Shown here piece after piece: positions 13,010-30,068 of a DNA stretch of 64,000 nt. The notes beneath the pieces were generated by a model. It had not been told where the DNA came from and did not search any database. It worked only from the letters and a program-made list of their open reading frames with translations. Numbering within the stretch: the first letter of the stretch is position 1; every line of letters starts with the position of its first letter. Both the position numbers and the translations under genes were made by a program. This DNA comes from Camelus ferus (taxonomy: Eukaryota), in NCBI RefSeq assembly GCF_009834535.1, contig NC_045707.1, positions 52,206,001 through 52,270,000 of the forward strand. Reading direction: 5' to 3'.

Positions 13010-14035
13010 ACACATATCTCTCAATACCAAGAAAAGTAAAAATGTCCCTCCTGTGAGTCTATTTTTCACTCTAAAGAGCATTCTGTTTCATTCTCTTTCC
13101 TAGGCCTAGTATTTTTTAAGAATGATTTTCACCCGATTATATTTTCTCAAATCCTATTTGTACGATTGGGGTTTAAGCTCCAAAACTCTACTGAAACTGC
13201 TATGACAAAGATCACTGATGATTGACATTTGCTACATTTCAGTGCATATTTGAGTATGATTTTAAATATTTGTCATACTGACACCTTCATTCTTCGGTGA
13301 GTTTCCCTTTTGCCTCTCTGGATATTCTTTCTAAGAATCCTGTGAAGTCTCCTTTGAATTCTTTTTAAATGTCAGAGCATGTTAGAGTTACAGTCCTTAA
13401 TCCTCTTCTTCCAGCATTTGTATTTTTTTACTGAAAGATTCATATCCACTTTCAGAGTTTTCTTCAGCCCTGACCTATTCTCTTAATATCAGGTTATTTG
13501 TAATTATTCCTCTAACTTGTTATTTATACTTTGAAGTATCTCTCAAATGCATCCTCTTCTCTATCATCTATATCACCACAATTTAACTCAAACTACCTAC
13601 CCACTCTCACTTCTTCTCTCCCTTTTGCCTTCATCTTATTCTTTGTTGACTGCTGTAATAGGTTCCTTACCTCAAAGTTTTGTATCTCCGCAAGTCCTCT
13701 CACTGTCTTACCTGGATGATTTTTCTAAAACTTAAATATTAGCTTTATCATCCCTTGACTATAAATATCTTCAGTTACTTATGATCTCCCCTTATTGGGA
13801 CCAAAATTCAAACTTAGATTGTCATCAAGATCTTAAATACTTTGGTGCTTGTCTACCACTCCAAACCTGCTCCATCACTTCTTAAATATGCTATAGGTTT
13901 ACGTGTTTATATGCCTCTACCTGGTCATCACCTCTCTTCATTCTCGCCTCCCCCAACAGGCATAATGCTGTAGTTATCTTTGTATGTGTAGTTATTAGCA
14001 TAACACTAGTATACCGTGAATGTCAGTACATGTGA
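13010..14035 (+). mobile_element. Degenerate L2 LINE fragment
   Basis: ctctactgaaactgctatgacaaagatcactgatga; gactgctgtaataggttccttac; aaattcaaactt. Confidence 0.6.
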
Positions 14036-15439
14036 AATAAGGACAACTGAGGAAAAGTCTGATATCCATGTCATTCAAGGAACTGTTACACATTTTGCCC
14101 AATTAGAGCACCAGAAAATGACTGAGCTCCCTTCTGTAATTCAGGTTTGCTGATGCGGTGACTTTTTTTTTTTTTTTTTTTTTTTTGCTAGATAAAAAGA
14201 ATAAACAAGTCCCTGGAGTTCTGGAGTTCTGGTTCCACTTTGCCTCTTATCCATTTCTTCCCCACCCCCCCGCCCACAATTTCCCCATAGCTTACCTGTC
14301 CATTGCCGCTGCTGGGGTGGGAGAAAGTAAAGAAAAGAGAGATTTGTCTGGCATCACCAAATGAAACTCAAGATTCATCTTGTGATAGATTTTTGTTATA
14401 AATTCTTATATGAGCAGTACAAATAGGGCTCAGTCACATTATGGGTTAAATTTGCTTTGCGAGGAGAAGGGGCATTTGGCCTATAAAATGAACAATCGTT
14501 TATTACACAGAATTCAGCTTCAAGTAGCTACTACTTTACTGATTAAATTAGGGAAATGTCTGTTTGGGAAAAGTGGCTTTAATTAATAAGCAGTTCTCCC
14601 CATCTGGTTCAAAGTGAAACAGCCCTATAGCAAGTACACTTGTAGCAGGACATGGAATCTCCCATTGAGCAGTCAGCCATTAAAGTACATAGTTAGAAAA
14701 GCCAGAGAAGACACCATGATTAGGATTATAGATCTTCAACATGGACCCAATTTATTTTGGCTCAAAAAAGTGACTAATGATTGTTTTAAAACACCCACAG
14801 TTAAAGAAATCTTGTTCTAGCTCTAAAAAATGGGATTTTCCTGACAATTCATATGTCTTTGAAATCAATAAAAGGTAGCTAATATGTGCCTAGCATTTTA
14901 TAAAGGATGCTCTTGGGTTTGGAATTATTCTTACGAGAATAGGATTAACTTGCTACATTTTGCTGAACTAGTGTATTATTGTAAACACTAGATTCATGAG
15001 GGGAATATTGAAAAAGCAAGAATCTATTTTTCTGTACAGTATATTGATTTCCTGGTCTGAGAATTTGTTTAATGCTAATTAAAATCCATTCTTAGAATCT
15101 CCAGGTTTATTTCTCACAATAGTCAATTTAATTCAAGGTCTTAATTCTTTAAAGTAATTTAGATGCATAGAAACTGTCTAACAAATTTTTCATTTTACCT
15201 TTTTCTATCTCTTGTCTTAGTGTACTGTATTCAGATTTTCCCTTATGTATTATAGTAGAAACTTAAAAAAAAATCTTTGAGTTTACTTGAGCATTTTTTT
15301 TGAAAAGGGTCCTCCTTGAAATGCTTTCTTTTTCTAGACAGTTAAAACCTTCTGTTACTATATATTATGTGCAGTTTTGTTTAATAATAAATGTTACTGA
15401 AGTAAAATTTCTCTCCATCTCTCTGTCTGTCTCTCTCTT

Positions 15440-16010
15440 ACCCACCTCCCCCCTCCATTCCTCCTCCTTACTTCTCACCACTCCCATTATACTAACTAGG
15501 CTGAGTTCCAACCAGCTTAAATCCACTCTCCTGTCTATACCTGGGAAGCTGAAGATGGCAGAAGAAAATCATACTCCCTTGCTGACTGGCTTCATGGTCA
15601 GTTCATGAGCATTAAATTAGGTGGGCTCTTGGTGTGCCATTACAGTATTACCACATTTTCCATGAAAAGTCACTCTCGTAAATCTTTTATAACATCTCTG
15701 ATCTGCTCCAGTATCCCCCGTCTCCTATGTTACAGCTACCTCCTCTTTTTCTATTACACTGACAAAAGCTCTCAGAAGAGAGCTTTCACCCAACCTTCAT
15801 CTACAATCCATACCTTTCAGGGAATAGATCTCATCCCTTCTGACCTTATTTACAACATAATTCCATTATTTTGTTATTTGCAAACTGGCATTTCTTGCTA
15901 TGTATGCTCTTCTGGTTCCAGAGCCTTGGGTTTAGGTTGTAATGGATCTTAACCTTCAGGCCTAACATTTCATTTCATTCATTTTCCTCTGAACCATCAT
16001 TTTTTGCTTC
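15440..16010 (+). mobile_element. Degenerate L2 fragment interrupted by the young L1 (continues about 19137-19440)
   Basis: gaagaaaatcatactcccttgctgactggcttcat...gtgggctctt resembles L2 ORF2; L2-like sequence resumes after the L1 TSD. Confidence 0.55.
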
Positions 16011-16021
16011 TTGTTATTACC

Positions 16022-19117
<3,096 letters not shown>

Positions 19118-19529
19118 ATTATTGTTACTACCTTTTCACTGAGTGTTTTGGCCAAAACCTAGAAAAGTCATGTCACCCTTCAAGGTTTCCTCTTCCTCAG
19201 CAGCACCTCCCATATAAATTTCTGTTCTGTCTGTGAAATGACTACAGTTGATCCACAATCCCTCTATGCTTATTCCAAGTACTTCTTTTTTTAAATACTC
19301 TAACTTATATCTGGGCTCTTAGAATGGATCCACAGCTCATCTCTGCCTCTATTCTAGATCTTTAATGCATCTCACACATCGTTATAAACAGTCATCTATG
19401 TAAACAGAAATAGGAGCAGGCACATATCATGACTAAAATGTTTTATACAAATGCATTTAAAAAATTCATTGCCTAACATAATATACTCTGAAATAAAATA
19501 ACTTACATTTATGCCTTAGGTCTGCCATT

Positions 19530-19715
19530 CTGCGGTTTTGCTTTAAATTTTAAATGTTTGTGCCCCAGTTTTCTTGCCTATAAATTAGGAATAATCACAA
19601 TAACTTTTAAGGGGTTGTTGTAATGATGAAATAATCCATTACATATAAAGATTGTAACTGCCCAGAACAGACCAAGATTCTGTAAATGCTAATTTGCATT
19701 ATTATTATTATTATT
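19530..19715 (+). mobile_element. MIR fragment
   Basis: gtgccccagttttcttgcctataaattaggaataat...ggggttgttgtaatgatgaaataat. Confidence 0.65.
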
Positions 19716-21002
19716 CCTCTCTTGATTTTAGATACTTTAGTTGCTTCTATCATGGCATATTATTGCTGCTGCTGTTATTTCTAGTATCTAGCACAATTAC
19801 TAGAACATAGTATTTCTTAGATAAATTTGTTTGACCCAATGAATAAACTTATAGTTATTCTTCATTAATATTTGTATTAACTGATTTCTAGAAATAAAGT
19901 GACTTAATGGAATGGAGTATTGTAGAATTTAGAGTTTGTTACAGAGCAGTGGAATGAAGTAGATAGAACCTGTTGCTCTCACTTGCTTTCTTACATATTT
20001 AGTGTATCTATTTATAAGCTTAGCCCAGTCTTCCCTACCACTCTGCTCCAGCCCAACCAGTGAAAACACTGGTGGGTATCAGAGGAAAATATTTTAGAAT
20101 GAAAATATCTGAAATCTCTTCCTGATCTTTGCAAAAAGTCATTGAATGGCTGAACCTAGATAACCATAAACCATTTTGCAAGAAGTTTCTGAAACTTGGA
20201 AAAAAAATAGGTTGACACTGTTTAGAGGACAGCAGAAATTATCAAAGGTCTAAGGTGAACATTTTATTCTGGGAATATGAGTTCTCTTTCCTTTTGAATA
20301 ACAAACTAAATAGTGAGACCAACCCAGATGGTTCTTCAGAGAGAAAGAAAGAAAAAAATAGTTTAATAAGCTTGATTTGCTGACAGTCAAATATTACAGA
20401 ATTTATTTTTTATATATCCCTGCCTACCAAAATTCGTTAAAATTCTTCCTTCAATGATAGACTATATATGTGAATTTCAGAAAGAAAATACAGCTATGAT
20501 AGACCAATTAAGAAAGAAAAAAATATTTAAAATAAAATTATAAAAAAGTAAAAATCTCAGATATGCAAGAAGACATGTTAGTATACTGTTTACTGTGTAA
20601 TACCATTTTGTTTATTCCAGTTATATGAATGATTAGAAAAAAAGTTACTTTATTTTGTTCTAGTTGATCTTTGTTTCACTACAATCTCCTCAGTGATATA
20701 AATCCCCTAGGAACATTCACTTCATTCCAGAAAATAAATATTTTCACTCCTTAAATATATTGTGAGTGAAAGTCTATGATAAGTCATATTTTTATTAAAG
20801 GCTCACACTATGAAGCATATATTTTATAAAATAGAAATTCATTTTGATGTCATCCACGTGTATATTCAAATACATTTTATGGTCACACTATTTTATAAAC
20901 GCCGGAGCTTTGGTCATTCCTACAAACGTGTGTGTATGTGTGTGTGTATGTGTGTCTTTAAAGCATCAAATTATAGGAAGTAATTTTAATCTGCCCTGGG
21001 AA

Positions 21003-21015
21003 GTTGCCTGGCAAC
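21003..21015. promoter_or_regulatory. Perfect palindromic RFX X-box motif
   Basis: GTTGCC-T-GGCAAC matches the X-box consensus; lies in repeat-free sequence; function untested. Confidence 0.45.
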
Positions 21016-22234
21016 AACATTAGAGTCAATTGCATTGCATGGTACAATATATGCCTATGTTTAGATTGCTATTTATCTTCATTATAACTAAGTAATTTAA
21101 GTTGTCAAGTCTCTTGTGACTATTGGATATCTGTTAACTATACATTTAATGCTTGACTACACTGTGCTTCCAAAAAAGAAGAAAAAAAATCTGCTATAAA
21201 TTGCTGTTGGGTTTAAACCTTATGGCAGACAAACGGCTACAATATGTCTTCATCTTCTTGGAAAAACATTGTCTTTTTACCAAGTGTGTACTAAATGGAC
21301 CTCACAAAGTAGTGAGGGATGTGATTTATTCACAAATTCATACAGGAAAAACAGTTTTATGACACTGAATCCAATTACACCTGAGGGGATTGTTAAACCA
21401 AACAGCAAACTGATTAAACTTAAAAAAAAAAAAAGCAATGTAAAACTCTAGTAACCTTCACTTTAAAATGACATTAATCCTACTGAACCACAATAGAGTA
21501 TTCATTTTTAGGCAAATAAGAACTTTACTTCAACTTCTTTTCTTCCTCATAAATACTGAACTCTGCATACTCAATATCCTCATAATTTTTTAGAATAAAT
21601 GAGTAGTTAAACGTGAGGTAATTATTTCCTCTTTACAACACTTAGTTGTATACTAACAAAATGTATGATCTTAAATGGCATTTCCAATTATAATTTGGCA
21701 TATAACATCAAAAATTATAATACTGAGAAAAGATACTTTATTATATAACTTATAAAATATTTCAATAAAGATATTGAATTCTCTCACACATTTTAAAGCA
21801 CAATGTTGAATAAATTAGAATTAAATTTCATTATAAGTAACATATTTTCCTACAGATAATATAATTAATAGAAAATATTTGAATAAAATCATAAAAAAAT
21901 AAAAATCCTGTTTCAAAATGCAAACACATCATAAACAAGGACAATTTTTTTTAGTAAATTAAAGCACTTTTTAAATTTTGTGTAATAATGAAAATGACTT
22001 TGGTTTTCACATCTAATAAAAATATATACCATTTATTTGCAAATTTTAAGCACTATGTATTTGGTCATCATTAAACTATAAAGTACTAAAAGTAAGTTAT
22101 GGTAAATGACTTTGACAAAATAATGATAATAGTTTAGAAATATTTAATTTGCTTTGAAATCAACCCATTAAATTTTACAAAAATATTTCAACCTATTTAA
22201 TGGCATGTAAATTTTTCTAATTAAAGATATTATG

Positions 22235-24080
22235 CTATGAGACCAGCATCACTCTGACAGCAGAATCAGACAAATATATCACAGAAAAGAAAATTATAGG
22301 CCAATATCACTGATGAACATAGATGCAAAAATCCTCAACAAATACCAGCAAACAGAATCCAACAATACATTAAAAGAATTATATACCATGGTCAAGTGGG
22401 ATTTATTCCATGGATGAATCACATGGAATGTTTATTTCATGGATGAATCAGAGCTGGAGGAATCACACTCCCTGACTTCAGACTATACTACAAAGCTACA
22501 GAAATCAAAACAGTGTAATACTGGCCCAAAACAGACACATAGATCAATGGAGCAAAGTAGGAATCCCAGAAATAAACCCACATATTAATGGTCAATTAAT
22601 CTATGACAAAGGAGGCAAGAATATACCATGGGGAAAAGACAATCTCTGCAATAAGTGGTGCTGGGAAAACTGGACAGCTACATGTAAAGGAATAAAATTA
22701 GAACATTCTGTAACACCATATATAAAAATAAACTCAAAATGAACTAATGACCTAAATGTAAGACTGGATCTTATAAAACTCCTAGATAAAATATAGACAG
22801 AACACTCTTTGACATAAATCACAGCAATATTTTTTGGATCTGTCTGCTAAATCAAAGAAATTAAAAGCAAAAATAAACAAATGGGAACTAATCAAACTTT
22901 AAAGTTTTTGCACAGCAAAGGAAACCATACACAAAATGAAAATACAACCTACTAAATGGGAGAAATACTTGCAAATGATCTGACCTATATAAGGTTAATA
23001 TCCAACATATATAAACAATTCACACAACTTAACATCAAAAAAAAAACCCCAATTTAAAAAATGGGCAGAAGACCTAAATAGATATTTTTCCACAGAGGAG
23101 ATGCAGATGGCCAATAGGTGGATGAAAAGATGCTCAACATCGCTAATCATCAGGATGACGCAAATCATGACCACAATGAGATTATCACTTCACATCTGTC
23201 AGAATGGCTATCATCAAAAAGAACACAAACACAAATGGTGAGAATGTGGAAAAAAGAGAACCCTTGTACACTGTTGGTGGAAATGTAAATTGGTGCAGCC
23301 ACTGTCTAAAGCAGTATGGAAGTTTTTCAAAAAACCAAAAAACAGGACTACGACATGACCCAGCAAGTTCACTCCTGGGTATACACCTGAAAAAAAAAAA
23401 CTAAAAACAGAAGCACTGATTCGAAAAGATATATGTACCCCAGTGTTTATAGCAGCATTATTTACAATTGATAATATATGGAAGTAACTGAAGTGTCCTT
23501 CAACAGATGAACAGATAAAGAAGATGCAGTACATATGTATATATATTTGTGTATGTATGTAATGTGTATATGTGTGTGTGTATATATATGTACATGTATA
23601 TGTATGTGTATATATATATATATACACACATGTATATATACACACACAATGGAATACTACTCAGCCATAGAAAAAAATTAAATTTTGCCATTTGCAGCAA
23701 CGTGGATGAATTTGGAGGGCATTATGCTAAGTTAAGTCAGACAGAGACAAAAATGGTGTTATATCACTTATATGTGAAATCTGAAAAATACAACAAACTA
23801 GTGAATATAACAGAAAAGAAGCAGACTCACAGATACAGAAAACAAATTAGTGGTTACCAATGAGTCAAGGGAAGAGGGGAGAAGTAACTTAGGGACAGGG
23901 GCAGAAGAGTTTCAACTATCAGGTTTAAAATAAGCTACAAGAATACATTTACAGCACAGAGAATATAGTCAATATTTTATAACTATAAATGGAGTATAAC
24001 CTTTAAAAATCGTGAATCACTATAGTATACACCTGTAATTTATATTGTAGAGCAACTATATTTCAATAAAAGAAAAAAAT
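22235..24080 (+). mobile_element. L1 (middle-aged), 5'-truncated, with internal RT deletion
   Basis: aaattataggccaatatcactgatgaacatagatgcaaaaatcctc (NYRPISLMNIDAKIL), ORF2 3' half, 3'UTR, aataaa plus A tail; purine-pyrimidine repeat expansion 23530-23648. Confidence 0.95.
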
Positions 24081-25089
24081 ATATATCTATAAAGTACATT
24101 GTCTTTGTGTCTGAATCTTTAATTAAGAAGAACAAATAATAGCATAATAAAGCTGACATATACTTACATATACTTATAAACTTGTCTTGCCTCTTCTCCA
24201 ATAATAATAGTGGTAAGATGTTCAAGTTTTACTGTCCATTAAAGATCATTTTACTTTTTTTCATAATGATCATGTTTTGTTATATAATACAATATATTTT
24301 AGAAAAAAACCTGAAGCCTTTTAAAGTTATATTTTTCTAATTAAACATATACCTTAAAATTAAGCATTTATTTGCATAAAACATTTTCTTTGTATTAAAA
24401 TTAATAAATTTTGTATGAAAATTAGATAACTTGTGAAGTCTAGGAACCTTCAGATTTCATTCACTTGAATTGAAAGTTATAAATTTCTGAAATATGAAAG
24501 CAGGTAGATTATTGTGCTAATAGTTTAATTGAAATAATCCTTAATTTTACTTTACCTAAACTATAACCACAGAAATGTTCAATTATTTTGGTTTATTTTC
24601 TGGCATTCTTGATATCTTGATCTATCTTGGAGTTCAGCAAAGTGGTAATGGTTGAGAATTTATGTTTACTAAATGACTATCATGAATCTGATGTCATATT
24701 AAATACCTGGTATGTATCAAAACATTTAACATTTTGCTGATCTTGAGAAACTCAACTTTATCTCATTTTAGAGATGAAGGAATAGTCTTTGATTAGTAAC
24801 TTACAGAGACATGATTTAAAGAGAACAGTCTTTTTCTTCCCCAAAACTAGTGCTGAAAACTCACTTATTTCATTTTTCACTTTCTACTCCTTTGGATAGA
24901 ATTTCAGTTGCCTTTTTTTTTTAAGTTCCTTCATATTAAAAAATTCTGACCAGTCTTGGCTGAAAGGATTGTCAAAGTCTGAGTGCAACTGGGGTCCCTT
25001 CACCTGTTTTAGCCTACACTTTTTTATAGAGGGCTATCTTCTTGAAGACTCTAAGTCCTTGTTTTTTCAGTACCTAACCTCCAATGCAC

Positions 25090-27090
25090 TTTTTTACTTA
25101 AAAATTTATTTTGAGGAAATTTTACATTAAAACGGAGTTACACACTAATATAGAGATCCCATGTACTGTTTACCCAATGGTAACATCTTGCAAAACTATA
25201 GCACAGAATCACAACCAGTATATTAATATTGATATGGTCAAAATATTGAACATTTTCATCACTTCAGGGATCCCTCATGTTGCCCTTTATAGCCAAATCC
25301 ACTTCCTTCCTGCTCCCACTCTGGCTCTAACCTCTGACAATCACTGATCAGTTCTCATTTCTATAATTTTGTAAACTGAATAATATAGTTATGTAAACTG
25401 AATAATAATGTGTGTTTCCTTTTGGACTTGGTTTTTTTCATTTAGCATTTTAGCTCCCTGGAGATTCAGCAAAGTTGTTTCATGTATCAATAGTTTATCC
25501 CTTTTTATTGCTTAGTATCCACATTATAGAGGTACCATAGTTTGCTTGCTCATTTATGAACACTGGATTAAATTATTATAAATAAAGCTGATTTAACATT
25601 TATGTAGACTTTGTTTTTATGAATTTATATTTCATTTCTCTGAGTAACTGTCTAAGATTCACTTGCTTGGCTTTATGGTAGTTGCATGCCTAGTTTTTAA
25701 AGAAACTGTCGAACTGGTTTCTCGACAGGCTGTACTGTTTTACGTTCCCACCAACAGCGTATGAATGACCAGTTTGCTGTATTCTCACCAGCATTTGGTT
25801 CTGTCTCTATTTTTCATTTTAGCCATTCTGATAGAAGTGTAGTTGTTTAATTTGCATTTCCCTAACTGCTAATGGTGGTGAACATCTTTCCATGTGCTCC
25901 CTTCTGGATTGTGTATAACCTTCAGTGAAATGTCTCCTCATGTCTTTGGCTCCTGTTCTAATTGAATTGTCTGCTTTTTCACTGCTAAGTTTTGAGAGTT
26001 CTTTCTATATTTTAGATACTCCTCCTTTGTCAGATATGTGGTTTTCAAGTATTTTCTTTCACTTTCAAACTTACCTTTTTCTTCCTCTAAATAGGTAATT
26101 TCACAGAGCAAAAGGTTTTATTTTGAGTGAAGTCCAATTTATCAATATTGCATTTTATGAATCATCTTTTTAGGGTGAAATGTAAGAATTTTTGACTAGT
26201 CTCAGATTCCAAATATTTTCACTTGTATTGTACTTTTTCTAAAAGTTTTATGGTTTCATATTTTACATTTAAGTCTATGATCCATTTAGAGTTAATTTTT
26301 GTTTAAGAAGACTTCAGTCAGAGTTAATTTTCTTTTTTTTTTTGTCTGTCTAATTGTTCCAGCACCATTTATAGAAAAGCAATCTTTCCTCCATTTAATT
26401 GTTTTTGCAACTTTGTAAAAAAAATAAGTCAGCTACATCTCTGTGGGTTACTGCTGGGCTGTCTGTTCTTTTTCATCAATCTGTGTGTCTGTCCCTCTGC
26501 TAGTACCACAGTTTTGATTGCTGTACCTATATATTAAATCTTGAGATCAGTGGACTGATTTTCCCACTTAATTGTTCTTTTTCAAATTTGTTTTATGTTT
26601 TCTAGCTCTTTCGCCTTTCCTTATCAATTTTAGAATAATACATTACAGTAGCTCTCTCCCCTTTTGAAGAGCTTGTTAATATAATAGTCTTCTATAATTT
26701 TTATTGTATAAGTTCTGTGCACATCTTATTGTACATACACCTAAATAGTTTTAAGCAATTATAAGCGCTATTTTTTGTAGTTAAGATTTTATTTTTTAGA
26801 GAAATTTAAGGTTCTTAACAAAATTGAGTGGAAGGTACCTAGATTTCCCATATATCTGTTGCTTCCACACATGCATAATGTCCCCTATTATTAATGGTAT
26901 TGTATTTTTAATTTTAGTGTCCGCATGTTCATTGCTAGTATTTGGAAATATAATTTATTTCTGTATGTTTTTCTCACATCATCTGAACTCATTTTTTAGT
27001 TCTAGGAGCATTTTGTAGATTTCTTGGTATTTTCTATATAAATGATCATACTTCCTACAAATAGAGACAGATTTATTTCATCCTTTATCT
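25090..27090 (-). mobile_element. Old L1 (L1MC/L1MD-like) 3' portion
   Basis: cccaatggtaacatcttgcaaaactatagcac 3'UTR signature; ttcccaccaacagcgtatga, tttgcatttccctaa, ttccagcaccattt. Confidence 0.85.
26775..26890 (-). mobile_element. Short L1MC1-like 3' end nested in the older L1
   Basis: Reverse complement resembles the 3' terminus at 45000-45085 in this window; host L1 resumes at aatggtattg. Confidence 0.65.
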
Positions 27091-28377
27091 GTTTGCTAAT
27101 AGATGTAAAGTTGACACCAGATACAGGGGTTAGTTTCACTTGGTCCATGGGCACTTTATGAGCTTTGAATCAGTGACTCATTATCCAGGGGAACATCCTA
27201 AGAGAAAGGTGGATATGAAGCAAAAGCATATAAACTGGGGAAAACCATGAATATAAAGATGGTTTAAAACAGAATTTTGGAGACAAACATACTAAGTTAT
27301 CTTTTGCATTTACATGAGCATGAAGATGAGTGTTTTATTGGGATATCCTTTATTCTATATATGCACATTTATAGGTACAATGTTCTAAGCACCATGCTAG
27401 TTGCTGGGGACATAGAGGAAGGAACCCATTTCCTGCTCCCCATGAAATTCCTCAGTATTTTGAAAAATTTCAATAGAAATAGAAAGTGCTGAGTGAATAA
27501 AGCAGAAGTGATAGTAGGCGATTTGATGCTTCTAAGACAAATAGTGTATTAAAAGATTAACAAGTATAATAATATAATATTAATAATAATTTTTAAGCAG
27601 CCATCGTTCATTGAAAATTTTTATTCATTCATGTCTGAATGAGGCTTTGAAATATATAGATTTTGGTAGTTTTAGTACAAGTGGTCTTCAGATTGCATTT
27701 TGAAAAATTCTTCTGTAAAGCAGGTTGATGAGTACATGCCACGGAACATCTGTGTTTAAAAAAAAAAAAAAAGAGAGAGAGAGAGAGGAAAACCTAGCTA
27801 GAAGTGACACAAAATAAATAGGCAAAGATATTACCAGAAAACCACAGACTATGGTGTCCTCAAGCTATTTTATTATGATAGTTAAGGCTGGTATAAATCG
27901 CTACAGATATACTTCTACCTTCCATGAACTGAGCCAGTTAATTCTAGTTTCATTTACTCTAAAGGGACAATTCATTATATAGAAGCAAAAACGTAGCATG
28001 ATCTGGTAGCTTTGTCTCCCTCTACCCCGCCTGCCACCTCCTCCTTTCCTGAATGCTACCTGTTCCTCTAGTGAAACAAACAGCTTTTTTTTTTTTTTTT
28101 TTGAAGAAAAGATGCTTGAAGTATGGATAACATTCCTCCAGTAGAAATGTGAGTGTGAGCTAAATAATGGGTGGACATCTAGATAATTGCCAAAAGAATT
28201 AATTTCCTGCTTGTGGTCAAATGCAGCAGTGTCCTTTAACCAAAATATGCAATGGGAAAGCAGTCTTTCAAGGTGTATGAAATTTGATAATCTTCAAGTT
28301 TTTTTAAGCTATAAAATTATTTGATTCTAAGCATTTATTTATATAAATGAGTGATTATAAATGAATAGGTTTTTGGT

Positions 28378-28555
28378 CAAAGGTTCTCAAGTCTACAGTA
28401 CGTAAGAATCACCTGGAATGTTTTTAGAAATTAATGACAGACATGCTTCACTCCAGAACAGGAATTTAAAATTTTTGGAATGGAACCTAGGCAACAGTAT
28501 TTAAGAATATGTCCCAAATGAATATGGTATATATCCATTTTTCAGATCCATCAGT
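28378..28555. mobile_element. MER5-like hAT-Charlie MITE
   Basis: caaaggttctcaa...agaatcacctggaatg...tggaacctaggc. Confidence 0.6.
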
Positions 28556-29946
28556 TGAAATAAAGATTTATATTTTACTCTTTTATTCTTTTACTCATTT
28601 TACATTTCACTCTTTGTTGTACTATAAGTCTTCATAGAGTCAAAAACTGTTGTTTAATACTAAAATAATACAGTTATTATCTGGAGAAATTATTCTACAG
28701 AAAAAAATTCGGTTGCAAAACAAGTAATCAACCCAATAATATTTACTTTAAATGTGGACTAAGAAAATTAGTAGACAGGAAATTACACTAACTAAATAAA
28801 AGTGTCCAGCTTAGAATATGTAAAGTTATAATTAGATTGTATTTCTACATAATAGTTTTCTATAGCATTTTGGTTAAATATCTACTCCTGATACCAATTT
28901 AATTACTTTTGTAAAACTTTGAGACGTATTGTTAGCATATCCCACAAGCATATATCACTACCAAAAAGCACACAGAGAAAAATAGATGGGTCTGTGTTGT
29001 AAAGGCACTCACTTTGAAACCTATGTTGTGCATTTCAAGGGAAAGAAAATAAAGGACTTATAGTATTATAGTTACTGTGCACTGAATTGTAAATCCAAAA
29101 AGGCCACTGCTTAGTGCAAAGTAGCTTAGTGCTACTTTGGTTGACTATGCATAAAAAAGCACAAATTTTACTGAAGGAATTTTCTTTGAATGTAGTTTTG
29201 GAGTGTGTAACCTAAGCTTAATAATTCAGCTCAATGCTCTCTTACTTTTTGGGCAATAAACAGTTCTCACGTGCATACAGTAGTTTCCATTTCTCTGTGC
29301 TTATTTAAAAGCATGATTTTAAAATGTGCTGGATGTGCATTGGTTTAACTATTAAAACATTTTTTCCCTTATGAATGCTTCAAGTGATTGGAAAGATAAG
29401 GAAACCTTGAACAGTGTGATGGTAATAAAAATTGTTAAAAATAAGCCAAAACATCTGTATGATACAAAGAATGATTTCTTGTTTTCAGCCCTAAAATTTA
29501 GTGAGATTTTCCAATATATGGGAAAGAAACTGGTTAAAACTCAAATTACAAATGTTTATTATCTAAATTGGTTGGATTGTCTGTTTTCTGGAAGCCATTT
29601 ATTATGTTCTAGTTTTTTCTAATCTTCCATCACTTTGCTAAATTATTCAATGTTCCCTATTTATTATTCAAAGATTATATTTTTTCTTTTTTTTAAGCTC
29701 TTAGATTTACTGTCTCTTGGCAAGAGAACATTGATAAAAGTGAGGAGGAGGGGACTCATGAATGTACTCCCACAATATCCTTTAAATAGTGATATATTTT
29801 CTCTCTTCACTTACAGTATTCCTCAAAAAATAAAATTACACAACCAGATATCTAATAATGTTTTAAGAGCCATGAAAATATCCAGTGGCCTGATATCAAT
29901 AAAGCATACAGCTTCTTTAAAACAAGCATTAACATTGGAATGGCTT

Positions 29947-30068
29947 GGGGGAGGGTATAGCTCAGTGGGAGAGCACATGCTTAACGTGTGTAAGGTCCTG
30001 GGTTTAATCCCCAGTACCTCCATTAAAAATAAGTAAATAAATAAACCTAATTACCACCCCCCTAAAGG
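29947..30068 (+). mobile_element. Camelid tRNA-derived SINE (Vic-1 type)
   Basis: gggggagggtatagctcagtgggagagcacatgctta...ggtcctgggtttaatccccagtacctcc; TSD cattggaatggctt (29933-29946) / cattagaatggctt (30069-30082). Confidence 0.92.

Noticed and set aside
23214..23863. Overlapping Y/I/H/T/C-rich ORFs on both strands
   Set aside because: Artefacts of a purine-pyrimidine microsatellite inside an L1 3' region
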